A stretch of 64,000 bases of DNA from Hemiscyllium ocellatum. Taxonomy: Eukaryota. The translations under genes were made by a program, and so were the position numbers. The notes below the pieces were generated by a model that had not been told where the DNA came from, did not search any database, and saw only the letters and a list, made by a program, of their open reading frames with translations. The DNA lies in NCBI RefSeq assembly GCF_020745735.1, contig NC_083409.1:15285873-15349872 (forward strand), given 5' to 3'. This document shows positions 25,770 through 37,156 of the stretch, one piece after another. Numbering within the stretch: position 1 is the stretch's first letter; every line of letters begins with the position of its first letter.

Positions 25770-25864
25770 GGAAGTGTGAGGGGCTGACGTGGCTCTCTCT
25801 ACCTGATGCCATTTACATACTGAGGAACACCCAGTCAGACTCTCACAGGCTGCAGCTTTATAAA
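25770..25864 (+). promoter_or_regulatory. V-kappa promoter region
   Basis: GGAAGT ETS site 25770, CRE half-site TGACGT 25785-25790, octamer variant ATTTACAT 25811-25818, GAGGAA 25822-25827 and TATAAA 25859-25864, about 60 bp upstream of the ATG. Confidence 0.7.
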
Positions 25865-25924
25865 GCAGAGCCCAGTGAAGGGAGAGTTTATCAGGAACCA
25901 GGCACAGGGACAGGAGCACACACC

Positions 25925-25973
25925 ATGATTTCACACATCCAGCTGATCTGGCCCCTGGCATTCTGTGTCGCAG
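25925..25973 (+). CDS. IGKV: Ig kappa light-chain leader exon (L-part1), MISHIQLIWPLAFCVA(G)
   Basis: CACCATG Kozak start at 25925; 16 mostly hydrophobic codons plus 1 nt, then a phase-1 donor CAG|GTACAA at 25974. The 186-bp intron ends in a pyrimidine tract and CTCAG at 26159, and the splice is in frame with the V exon. Confidence 0.93.
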
Positions 25974-26159
25974 GTACAAATCTCTCTCCTTCCGCCTTGA
26001 ATCTTTAGTTGCTCTCCATTTCACTCCAATTCCACTGACTTGTGATTGAAGGGAAAATGCTGAAACCAGAGGAATGCTCAGTGTCTCCAACAATCTCTCA
26101 TTTGACCGGCTCTTTCTGTGACAGTTCTGACTTCACTGTGTTTCTCTCTGATCCCTCAG

Positions 26160-26458
26160 GTATCAGTGGGGACATCATCATGACTCAGTCTCCCCCGGTG
26201 CTGTCAGTGGGACTGGGCCAGACCGCAACACTCACCTGTACGGCCAGTCAATCTGTTAGCAATGAGCTTTCCTGGTACCAGCAGCGAGAAGGTCAGAAAC
26301 CCTCTCTCCTGATCTATGCTGCAACAAATCGATTCACAGGAGTCTCCGATCGATTCACCGGCAGTGGATCAGGGACCAGTTTCACCCTGAAAATCAGCAA
26401 CGTTCAGAATGAGGATGTCGCTGACTATTACTGTATGCAGGATTACAGCTACCCTCGA
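26160..26458 (+). CDS. IGKV: Ig kappa (shark type III/NS4-like) V exon: (G)[99 protein letters not shown]
   Basis: Open frame with the conserved Cys, the Trp of WYQQ, the GSGSGT and DYYC motifs, and kappa-like FR1. It is followed immediately by a consensus 12-RSS. Confidence 0.97.
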
Positions 26459-26486
26459 CACAGTGACACAGAGCCATACAAAAACC
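26459..26486 (+). promoter_or_regulatory. V recombination signal sequence, 12-bp spacer
   Basis: CACAGTG (26459-26465) + ACACAGAGCCAT (12 bp) + ACAAAAACC (26478-26486); heptamer and nonamer are both perfect consensus. Confidence 0.98.
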
Positions 26487-26894
26487 TCAAAGCACACAGA
26501 ATCACCTCCTGTACTGACACATCCACGGTTATATAAAATGCATAATAATGGACACACAGTCCCACCGCCTGAACTGTCATATCCCACAGTTAGATCTAAA
26601 TGAAACTGATCAAATTACCCCATGCTGGGATTGTCACTGCCCACGACACACTCCAGTCCCTGTGGTGTCTCAACGCTCACTGAAGGCCTCAAGTTTCCCC
26701 CTTCCACTGCATGGCCACATGTGAAGAACAGCTGCAAGATTTAACAACAAAAAATGAAGTTCACAACCCAGAGGCAGAGACAGAAAGACACATGAATGAG
26801 GGAGAGACTGATAGGGGCAAAAAGAGGGTGAGAGTGACCGACAGACTGGGAAATAGGGAGAGGGTGAGAGTGACAGAGGGAAGCAGAGAGCTGA

Positions 26895-26933
26895 GGTTTT
26901 TGTACAGCCTCTACACTGGGAGCTCTCACTGTG
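26895..26933 (-). promoter_or_regulatory. J recombination signal sequence, 23-bp spacer
   Basis: GGTTTTTGT (26895-26903) + 23 bp + CACTGTG (26927-26933); perfect consensus, facing the V 12-RSS. Confidence 0.98.
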
Positions 26934-26968
26934 GCTTACGTTCGGTAAAGGAACCAAGCTCAGACTGA
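26934..26968 (+). CDS. IGKJ: Ig kappa J segment, LTFGKGTKLRL
   Basis: FGxGT motif directly after the 23-RSS. The phase-1 donor A|GTAAGT at 26969 splices in frame to the C exon (A+TC = Ile). Confidence 0.96.
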
Positions 26969-27338
26969 GTAAGTAAACCTCAATCCTCCGTTATTAACCC
27001 TTTCAATACTGAAACTTTCTAAATCACAAATGCTGAATTGATGCAGGTGTTAGTGGGGAGCTGCAGTGAATGAAATGGTTGAATGAGGAGCACTGTGTCT
27101 AACAGGGTGTCCAGCTGTATTTCTGTCGTCCTATTGCCCTGCTTAAGCAGCAAGATATAAGTCAGTAAGTTTTACTCACCGTGTGGAGGAGCTCTGTCCA
27201 TTTGCAGCCTGTGGTCCCATTCCTGCAGCATGGAGTGAAATCAGTGAGTAGCCTCCTGCCAGTCTCAGTGTGACGGACACGGGGCAGAGTTTGATGTGAG
27301 CTCTGGCTCCCTGTCCCAGTCTCTGATCTCACTGACCT

Positions 27339-27370
<32 letters not shown>
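27339..27370 (+). repeat. (CAG)10 microsatellite
   Basis: Ten perfect CAG units plus CA. Confidence 0.97.
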
Positions 27371-27419
27371 CAGTGAGACACCGAGCTCCCACCTCCCCCA
27401 GCTTTAACTCTGCTCAATC

Positions 27420-27895
27420 ACACAATCACAGAATCGTTTCAGTGCACAAGGAGGCCATTCAACTCATCCTGTCTGGACCGGCTCTCTGAATGAGCAATTC
27501 ACTGAGTGTCATTCTGCTGCCTTCTCCCTGTCACCCTGCACATTGTTCCTTTTTGAATAACAGTCTCATTCCCTTCGGAATGTTTTAATTGAAGCTGCCT
27601 CCACCACACTGTCAGGCAGTGCATTCCACACCTTAACCACCCACTGGCTGAAAATGTTTTTCCCCCATCTCACTTTCGCCTCTTTTACCAATTATTTTCA
27701 ATCCATGGCCTCTCCCTCTCAATTCTTTCTCAGGTGGGAACATTTTCTCCTGGTTTACTCTGTTCAGACCCCTCCTGATTTTGAATTTCTCGATCAAATC
27801 TCCTCTCTGCCTTCTCTTCTCTGAGGAAAACAGTCCCAATGTCTTCAGTCTATCTTCATAACTCACGTTCCTCATCCTCGATGGGTCAGATAGCC
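27420..27895 (-). mobile_element. CR1 3' end
   Basis: ORF 27633-27875 (YEDRLKTLGLFS...RGDLIE). Confidence 0.85.
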
Positions 27896-27999
27896 CACTC
27901 CTGCTCCTATTTCTAATGTTCTTATTATCTTATCTTCCTATGTGAGAGACACACATCAGATTTCCACTTAACACTCTGTGGCTGTACCTTCCCAGTCTT

Positions 28000-29060
28000 A
28001 TTCCCAACACTCCGTGCAGTCCCATCCTTACACAGTTACCCTGATTTAGAATTTATTACTCTCTCTCCCTCACTCTGAAACTGGGTAAGAAGTTCTATTC
28101 CTTATTCTGGTGCTATCTATCTCTCCCAGGATTCTGTGCACCTCTGTGTTCCTCTCTGGTATTCCCTCCTGGATCCCACAGGCCAAGATAGTTTAAACCC
28201 TCTCCAACAGCACGAGTAAATCACCCCAAAGGAACTCAGTCCCAGGTCTGTTCAGGAGCAACCCGTCTGGTCTGTACATGTCCATCTCCCCCCAAAGCCA
28301 GTCCCAATGTTAAAATAATCGAAATACCTTCCTCCTGGACTGTCTTTTCAGTTCCACAGTCACCTGTGCTATCCTCCTCTTTCTATTCTCAGTTGTGTGG
28401 GGCACTGGGGGTAATCTTGGAAATTCCTACTTTTGAGCTCCTGCTGCTAATTCCCTCTGGAACTCCCTAAATTCTGACTGGAGGACCACATCCCTTTTCT
28501 CCCGCTGTCACTGGGACCGATGTGGACCATGACTGCTGCCTGTTCCCCCTCTCCCCTCAGGGTGCTCTGCAGCAGCTCAGTGACATCCTTCACCTTGGCA
28601 CCAGGGAGATAACACACCATCCTGGATTCCCATCTGCAGCTGCAGAAACACCTATCGATGCCCTCACTCTCGAATCTCCTCTCACTCTCACTCTTCCAGT
28701 CTTCCTTGTGCCCCCCTATACAGCTGAGCCCCCCATGGTGCCATGGACTTGGCTCTGGCTGCACGCCCCAGATGAACCATCATTCTGATCAGGATTCTGA
28801 ACTGAATCCTGGTTGGAGAGTGAGATACACTCATGGGATTCCTGTACTAGCTGCCTGGTCCTTTTGGACTGTCTGCTGCTCCCCCATTCCCTCTCTCCCT
28901 GCATACTCTGAAGCTGCAGAGTGATCACATCTAGAAACGTGCTCTCTACGGAGCTCTCAGCCTCACGGACGCTCCTCACTGACACCAGCTGCTGCTCAAG
29001 CTCCGAAACCCGGAGTTCCAACTGCTGTCACTGACCACACTTCCTGTGCTCATGGTATTC
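28000..29060 (-). mobile_element. CR1 ORF1 (esterase) fragment
   Basis: ELRVSELEQQL coiled coil and RMVCYLPGAKVKDV...VMVHIG. Confidence 0.8.
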
Positions 29061-29188
29061 CAGGAAGCAGGACAAGCAGTTTCCTCATGCAACCTGATGC
29101 AACTCTCACCACTCCCTGATTATCTTTTGTCAAAGTTCTTTTGAGAAACAGCAACAGCAGGGCTCACAAACCAGTACTTTCAATGTCC

Positions 29189-29527
29189 ATAGAATCACAG
29201 AATTCCTACAGTATGGAAACAGGCCATTTGGTCCATCAAGTCCACGCTGACCCTCCGAACAATAACCCACCCAGACCCATTCCCCTACCTTTTTAACCTA
29301 CATTTACTCCTGACTAATGTACCTAACCTGCACTATGGGCAATTTAGCATGGCCAATTCACCGAACCTGCACAGCTTTGGACTGTGGGAGGAAACCAGAG
29401 CACCTGGAGGAAACCCACGCAGACACAGGGAGAACATGCAAACTCCACACAGACAGACGCCCGAGGCTAGAATCAAACCTGGGTCCATAGCGCTGTGAGG
29501 TAGCAGGGCTAACCACTAAGTGACCGT
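29189..29527 (-). mobile_element. Older HE1-like SINE
   Basis: Reverse complement of the SINE body (GGAGGAAACCCACGCAGACACAGGGAGAA). Confidence 0.85.
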
Positions 29528-29574
29528 ACTTCCAGTTTTCCAGGGTTTCAAGGAACCTCGACATAAACCCAAAA

Positions 29575-31205
29575 TACTTAAGATATAGGAGCAGAATTGG
29601 GCCAGTCAGAAGAGAGTCTGCTCTGCCATTTGACCTTGTGTGATGTGTTTCTCAACCCCATTCTCCTTTTAACATTTGATCTCCTTACTGACCAAGAACC
29701 TATCTGTCTCTGTTTTAAATATTCTCAACATCTTGGCATCCATAGACCTCTGTGACAATGAGTTCCACAGATTCACCACCCTGTGGCTGAAGAAATGCCT
29801 CCTTATCTCAGTTCTGACGGATCATTCTTCACTCTGAGGCTTTGCCTTCGGGCCCGAGATTCTTCTATTCGTGGAAACACCTTCTCCATGTTCTCCAGGC
29901 CTCTCAATATTCTGTAGTTTCAATAAGATTCCCCCATCATCTTTCTAAACTCAATTGCATACAGATCCAGAATCCTCAACCGCTCTTTATATGACACCCC
30001 CTTCATTCCCAGGATCATTCTTATTCTTTCTCACTTTTTCCTCTGGACCCTCTCCAATGACAGCACATCCTTCCTTAATAAGGAGACCAAAATTCCAAAT
30101 GTGGTCTGATTACAGACTTATACAAACTCAGCAGTACACCTCTGACGTTAAAGTTAATGCTAACACTGTAACTGCCTTTCAAACAGCCAATGGTGAACCT
30201 GCACGTTAACCTTCAGAGAAACCTGAGCAAGGACTCCCAATTCTCTTCGTGCTTCAGATTTCTGAAATCTTTCCTCACTCAGAAAACAGTCTGTGTCTCT
30301 ATTCTTCCCACCAAAGTATCTAGCCTCACAAGTCCCCGCATTGTACTCCACCTGCCACTTCTTTGCACATTCTCTCAGCCTGACCAAGTCCTTCTGCAAT
30401 CTCCCCCACTTCCTCAACTCCACTTGTCCTTTCACCAATTTTTGTGTCATCTATAAACATATGAACAATATCTTCAGTTCCTTATCCAGATTGTTAATGG
30501 ATAATATGAATAGTTGTGGTCCCAACACAGATCCCTGCAGATCGCCACAAAGCACCACCAGCCATCCAGAAAAAAATCCCTTTGTCCCTACTCTCGCCTT
30601 TGTGCCGGCCAGCCAATCCTCTACACTTCGCAGTGCCTTGCTCCTGACAGCATGGGCTCTGATTTGACTTAGCAGTCTCCTTTATTGTACCCTGTCAAAG
30701 GCCTGGTGGAAATCCAAATGGATCACATCCACTGGCTCTCCTTTGTCTAACTCACTTGTTACCTCCTCAAAGATTTCTAACAGATTTATCAGGCATGCCT
30801 CCCTTTGATGAAGCTGTGCTGACTCAGCCCAATTTTACCAGGCTGCAATTTTACCAGACTTAAGGGTGAGATTCCAAATACCTGCAATCTCACCCTTAGG
30901 TAGACCTCTAAAATCTTACCAATGACCGAGGTCAGGCTAACCAGCTTATAATGTCCCATCTCTGCCTCCCTCCTTTCTTAAACAGGGATGTTACATTCAC
31001 TATTTTCCAGTCTTCTGGGACCACTCCTGACTCCAGTGATTTCTGAAAGATCACAGCCAATGGCCCTACAATTACCTTAGCTATCTCCATCAGAACTCTG
31101 GAGTGTAGTCCATCGGGTCTGAATGATTTATCCACCTTCAGACCTTTCAGCTGCCTCAACCCCTCCACCTTAGTGATGCCCTTTCCACTCACTTCTGCTC
31201 CCAAC
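29575..31205 (-). mobile_element. Degenerate CR1 RT/3' portion
   Basis: VDKSFRPDGLHSRVL and VVPEDWKIVNV fragments, with stops. Confidence 0.85.
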
Positions 31206-32940
31206 TCTCTTGAAGGTCAGGTGTACTGGCTGATATTCAAGCATCATGGTTAGCCACAGGTGAGGTGCCAGAAGACTGGAGGATAGCGAAGACTGTGCCA
31301 TTGTTCAAAAAGGGCTGAAAAACAAAAGCCTGGGAATTATAAGCTTAACATTTGTGGTGGGTAGGTTGTTTGATAAGATAAGATACACATGCATTTGGAA
31401 AGAGTGGATTTGATTAGGAGTTGTCAGCATGACTTTGTGAGTGGGAGAATATGCCTCACAAATCTGTTAAGTTACTTTGATGAATTGACCAGGAAGGTTA
31501 TGAGGGCAGGATGGTAGACGTGGTCTATATGGGTTTCAGTGAGGCCTTTGATAAGGTTCCACATGGCAGGCTGTTATGGAAGGTTAGATTGCATGGAATC
31601 CAAGGTGACCTGGCAAATTGAATACACGATTGGCTTGATGGTAGAAAGCACAGGGTAATAGGGGAAGTATCCTTATTGTACTGGAGGCCTGTGACTAGTG
31701 GAGTGCCTCAGTGGTCAGTGCTGAGCCCATTGCTGTTTGTTATCTATAACAATGTTTTGGATGAGAATGTACAAGGCATGGTTAGTGAGTTTGCTGATGA
31801 CACTCAAATAATTTATGGGCGGCACGGTGGCACAGTGGTTAGCACTGCTGCCTCACAGCGCCTGTAGACCCGGGTTCAATTCCCGACTCAGGCGACTGAC
31901 TGTGTGGAGTTTGCACGTTCTCCCCGTGTCTGCGTGGGTTTCCACCGGGTGCTCCGGTTTCCTCCCACAATCCAAAGATGTGCGGGTCAGGTGAATTGGC
32001 CAAGCTAAATTGCCCGTAGTGTTAGGTAAGGGGTAAATGTAGGGGTATGGGTGGGTTGCGCTTCGGCGGGTCGGTGTGGACTTGTTGGGCCGAAGGGCCT
32101 GTTTCCACACTGTAAGTCTAATCTAAGCAGCATCGTGGACAGTGCGGACAGTTATCAGAAATTGCAGCAGGACCTTGCTCAGCTGGGGAAGTGGGCCGAG
32201 AAATGACAAATAGAGTTTAATACAGATAAATGTGAGGTCTTGTATTTTGGAAATTTAAAGCAAGGTAGGAGTTTCATGGTGAATGATAGGACCTTAAGGA
32301 ATATAGTGGAACAGAGGGTCCTTAGAATTCAGATAAGCAGTTCTCTGAAAATGGAGTCACAGTAAATAGAGCAGAGAAGAGAGCTTCATCAGTCAGGGCA
32401 TTGACTACAGATGTTGGGAAGTTATGTTGCAGTTATACAGGACACTGGTGAAGCCACACTTGGAATATTGTGTTCAGTTTTGGTCACCTTGTTCCAGGAA
32501 GGATGTTATTAAACTGGAAAGAGTGCAGAAGAAATTTGCCAGGATTCAATCGTTTGGGTTAAAGGGAGAGTACTTTTTTCTTTAGAGTGTAGGAGACTGA
32601 GGGAGGACCTCATAAGATTATGAGAGGCATGGATAGGGTGAATTCACTCGTTCTTTTCCCCAAGGTTTGTGAATATGAGCTAGAGCGCATCAGTTTAAGG
32701 TTAGAGGGGAAAGAAAAAAAGGGAACCTGAGGGGCAACCTTTTTACACATAGGATTGTTCGCATATGGAATGAGCTGCCAGTGGAAGTGGTTGAGGTGGG
32801 TACATTAATAACATTTAAAAGGCATTTGGACAAATACAGCAAAGGAAAGGATTCAGAAGGATATGGGCCAAGTGTAGGATTAGCGTAAATGGACCAGTTT
32901 GGTCCAAATGGCCTGTCTCCATGCTGTAGGACTCTGTGAC
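31206..32940 (+). mobile_element. Degenerate CR1 RT/3' portion containing a SINE
   Basis: VTSGVPQWSVLSPLLF and FADD immediately before the SINE; CR1 3'UTR at the end. Confidence 0.88.
31817..32126 (+). mobile_element. Young HE1-like SINE
   Basis: Full-length GGGCGGCACGGTGG...AAGTCTAATCTAA, nearly identical to the copies at 43455 and 57065. Confidence 0.93.
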
Positions 32941-32942
32941 AT

Positions 32943-33557
32943 TGTTATGGACCAGGCCAGACCCTTCAAAACATTTTAAGAATGCAGCCCAGACCTTACC
33001 TTTTCGAATTGTGTTCAGCAAATGTAACCTGGATATTCCAGGAATGATACAACTGGCCAAACCACTCAGCTTGAAGGAAAAGAGTATTTATTTACAATCA
33101 AAAGAAAACAGAATTTAGAATAACTTAACTATTTGAAAACCCAACTATTTGAAAAAATGTAACTTGACAAAGAGTTGTTCCAATTTGCTGTAATAGCCTT
33201 GGCAAAAAGGTAAATATAAACACAGGGGTTCTTACAGGAGAGGAATTTCAGAAAGTGAGTCCACTGGAAAATGTTGAATTGGGGAACCTTTCTCACCAGC
33301 AGCTTTCTTTATCCAGGAGCTTCCAACCGACTGTTTGTCAAAAACAGCAAACTGGAAGAACTGGCCATTCTCCTTTTATTGGACAAGTGTTTAATATAAA
33401 ACCTAAAAGCCTTTTCCCTGACTGTTGCCTTAGGCAGTATCTGTTAGCCATGAGCAAAGTCCCTAACCCAGACAAATTGGAACCTCTGCCTTTACAACCC
33501 CTCTTGAAAAAAAATCCAAGGACAACTCAAACTTGTGAAATGAGCAGCATTGCCACA
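32943..33557. mobile_element. Possible solo LTR
   Basis: About 615-bp non-CR1 stretch bounded by TGTTA...GCCACA between CR1 pieces; no target-site duplication found. Confidence 0.3.
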
Positions 33558-33559
33558 CT

Positions 33560-34895
33560 ACTGTGAAAGCTGATTTAAGGCACCGATGCAGTTTTTCCAC
33601 CATTTCTTTGTTCCCCATTACTACTTCTGCCTTTTCCAGTGGTACAATTTCTATTATTGACTCCCTCTTGCCTTTCATATATCTAAAGAAAACCTCTTGC
33701 AATATTCTTTTATGTTACTAACTCGCTGACCATTATATTTTATTTACACACCCACCCTTACTTTTTTTTAGTTACTCTCTGCTGTTTATTAAAGGCTTCC
33801 CAATCCTCCGGCTTCCCAATAATCTTCACCACATTGCCTGTTTTTTCTTTTGCTTTTATGCTGACCCTGACTTCCCTCATCAGCCATGGTTGCCTTGGCC
33901 TCCACTCAGTACCTTTCTTCTTCCTTGGGTTAACTTCCTGCTCTGCCTCCCAAATTACCCCCAGAAACTCCTGCCATTGCTGCTCCATTCTCTCTTATGC
34001 TCAGCTTCCTTTCTTACCAACTCTGGCCAGCTCCTCCCTCATGTCTTTGTAGTTACCTTAAGTTAATTGCATTACCGGTACAACTGACTCCAGATTCCCT
34101 GTCACAAACTGCAGGGTGAATTCTGTCATATTACGGTCAATACCCCCAAGGGATTCCTTCACCCTAAGTTCCCTAATCAGGTCTGCTTCAGTACACATCA
34201 CCCAATCCAGAATTGCCTGTTCCATAGTGATCTCTACCACAAGCTGCTCTAAAAACCATGTTGTAAACATTCCATTAATTCCTACCCATGAGATCCCCAA
34301 ACAATTTAATTTTCCAGTCTCCCTGCATATTGAAGTCCCTCATGACTATTGTAGCAGGGCCTTCTCTATCTCCTGATTTATTTTCTTCCTCATATCCTGA
34401 CTGCTGCTGGGGGGTCCTGTGCTAAGTTCTCATCATGCTCTTTCTCCCTTGCAACTCCTCAACTCTACCCACACAGATTAAATGCATTCCAACTCTAAAT
34501 CCCTTCTTGTGATTGATCTCATTTCATTTCTTACCAAGAAGGTAACCCCACCCCCATCTGCCCATCAGCATGTCCTGTCAATCGGATGTGCATCCTTGAG
34601 TATTTCATTCCCAGCCCTCAACCCCTTACAGCCAGGTCTCTGTGATACTCAAAACATCGTACCTGCCAATTCCAATCTGTGTTACAAGCTCATTTACCTC
34701 ATTTCGGATACGCCCTGCATTCAGGTACAACACCCTCAGTCCTGCACTGACTGTCCTCCTTTTCATAGTTGTCCCCTTATGCACTGTGCCTAAAATTAAT
34801 TTTCTGACCCTTTCCATAATCTATGTCCTATTAATTGTTTTGGGAACTTTACTAACCTCTCCTGAACCCTGCGTCACTTTAATGATTTTAAAGTC
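33560..34895 (-). mobile_element. Degenerate CR1 APE/tether region
   Basis: LRVLYLNAGRIRN...ITETWL, ILDWVMC and PWLMREVRVSIK fragments. Confidence 0.85.
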
Positions 34896-36357
34896 CTTGG
34901 GAACCTCAATTTGTGGCATCACTCTGTCTACCTTATTCCGAATGCGCTATCATAAAAAGATTTTAGGTTATTTCTACTGTCTGTATTGCCTTGTTACAAT
35001 ATGACATTCACAAATTCTGATCCTTCCTTTTATTTTCTGGTAACAATCAAACCCATCACTAACCACGACTCCCACCTTCGCCTGTGCCTTTCATTTTCTC
35101 ACGTTTTGTGCAACTGAACCCATTTGCTTTCTCTTTGGGTTGACTTCAGGTCAATATTTATCCCTGAAATATCACTGAACATGCTTCATAATCTCATTTA
35201 TTTTTGTGCGATATTGCTGTGTGCAAATTGTGTTTTCTGCATTACAACACTAACCAGTGTCCAGACAAGTCCCTGACTCTCTGTAAATGCTTTGGGAGAG
35301 CCTGACATACAAGTCTCTCTTTTGATGCACTGGGAACCTTTCAGATATCAGAGATGCCATTCCGTGGCTCTCCTAGACAGACAGCAGGACGGTGTCTCCT
35401 GGTGTCCTGGTCAATATTGATTCCCTAATTAGCATCACTAAAAATCTGATCCTCGCCTCATTGTCACCCAGCTCTCTGGGATCTTGCTGAGCACAGTCTG
35501 ATGGAAAGAGCCACTGCAACATCCTTAGGTGGAGGCAGGTGCAACATAAATGCAAGTCTTTCTTTGAGGTTGGAGTCTCCAGAACATGACCCTTGCCCGT
35601 TGGATGCACGCTTCCATCTTCCAGGGAACATGGGATCATTAAGAGCAGTGTCACTGTCTGATCCCAGGACACTGAGACTCTTTGCACCCTCACATTTGAC
35701 CTTACCCCAGTGCTGAGCTGGAAGACTTGAAACAAAATCTGGAACCTTCTACATGGACACCCAACGTGACTCCTTCCTGAAGTGTGCTGATCCAACTCTG
35801 CTCCAATGTTGTTGGATAAAGTTCTCCCGAGCTGTGAGTGATCGGAGGTTTGTTAAAGAGGTGTCGAACTCCACCCCACATACCAGCTCTTGCTCCATAG
35901 CTCTGGAGGCTTTGGTGTTTCAAGTGAATATCCAGGTGTTTTTTTCAATGTGATGAGGGTTTCTGCCGCTCTCACCCTTTCAGCTAGTGAGGTCCTGACC
36001 CCACCAGCCACTGGGTGAAACAATTACTCCTCAACTCCCCTCGAACCCTGCCCCCAATTCATTTCCATCTCTCTCCATGGTTATTGCCCTCTGTGCTGAT
36101 GGAAATCAGTTCTTCCTACCCACTCTATCCAGACCCCTCATCATTTTACACACCATCGATCAACTCTCCCCTCAGCCTCCTGTGTTCCAAAGAAACCAGT
36201 CCCAGCCAAACCAATCATTCCTCAAAGCTAATACTCCTCATTCCTGACAAAATCCTCCACTGTCCCCATCTCTCGGGGGATCACATCCTTCCTGCAATAT
36301 GGTGACCAGAACTGCACACAGTTCTCTCATTGTGCTCTAACGGGGCTTCATTTGAGG

Positions 36358-36533
36358 TCAGAAGTCACACGACACCAAGTTATAGTCCAACAGACTAATT
36401 TCAAATCACAAGCTTTCAGAGCTCTGTTCCTTCAGCACTGAAGTCACTTCACCTGAAGATGGAGCAGCGTCTCACAAGCTCGTGATTTTAAATAAACCTG
36501 TTGGACTGGAACCTGGTGTCATGTGACTCCTGA
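36358..36533. repeat. ~175-bp imperfect palindrome (tail-to-tail Penelope-type terminal repeats)
   Basis: Left arm TCAGAAGTCACACGACACCAAGTTATAGTCCAACAG is complementary to right arm CTGTTGGACTGGAACCTGGTGTCATGTGACTCCTGA; centre TGAAGT-C-ACTTCA at 36439-36451. Confidence 0.85.
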
Positions 36534-37156
36534 ACATGTCCACCCCAGTTGGACACCAGAGCCTCCACATCATATCGATAGTTTCACATCTTTGCCGAGA
36601 CTCTCTCTTTGGGAGTGTCACTCTTACTCTTTTGGGAAAAGATTCTGAATGATCTCTGTGCCTGTCTCATCCTTGGAGACCTCCCACTGCCCTGTCACTG
36701 ATCTCCCATCAAGGCGATGGTTCCAGTGCTCTTTTATCAAATTACCACACAGTTTGGTAAAATGGATTGTTCCCAAATCAAAACTTTTACACTTGCTCCA
36801 CGGTTCTCCATTTCCATCCCTATTCTCAATCTCACTGAGTTCCGATCACTGTCACTAAAATGCTCCCACATTGATAGCCCTTCCAGCTGCCCACATTCAT
36901 TCCTCAAATGGTGGTCACGGACTGTCCCTTATCTTTCTGCTGCGTCACCATCACCTTCTCAGAGACAGTTAGGGATGGGCAGCGACTGGCTCTGCCAGTG
37001 CCATACACGTCCTAAAAAGCAATGTTTAAAATGCCAGTGCTTTGTCAGGTCTGCTAGGTACTGGGTACAAATGTTCAAACGTTTTAGCAGTTAATGTTCA
37101 GAGAGTCTATGTACCTTCAAAAGGCAGGGATTAAAATTGTTTCTCTTGTCTTTCAG

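Noticed and set aside
26716-26755. Cryptic RSS between V and J (CACATGT...ACAAAAAAT)
   Set aside because: The heptamer has several mismatches and the spacer is 24 bp; there is no D-like segment or partner signal.
27162-27392. 76-aa ORF with a poly-Leu signal-peptide-like start
   Set aside because: It begins at GTG with an in-frame stop just upstream, and the hydrophobic run is simply the (CTG)10 microsatellite. Not called as a CDS; the exon-like structure is reported as a finding.
31853-32110. Repeated ORF MWKQALRPNKSTPTRRSATHP... (also 43476, 57093)
   Set aside because: Antisense reading of the HE1-like SINE, not a gene.
35702-35923. Minus-strand frame FNKPPITHSSGELYPTTLEQSWIST with a paralogue at ~7840-7990
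   Set aside because: Differences are mostly non-synonymous, the paralogue has a frameshifting deletion, and the peptide is unrecognised; likely similarity from DNA paralogy only.
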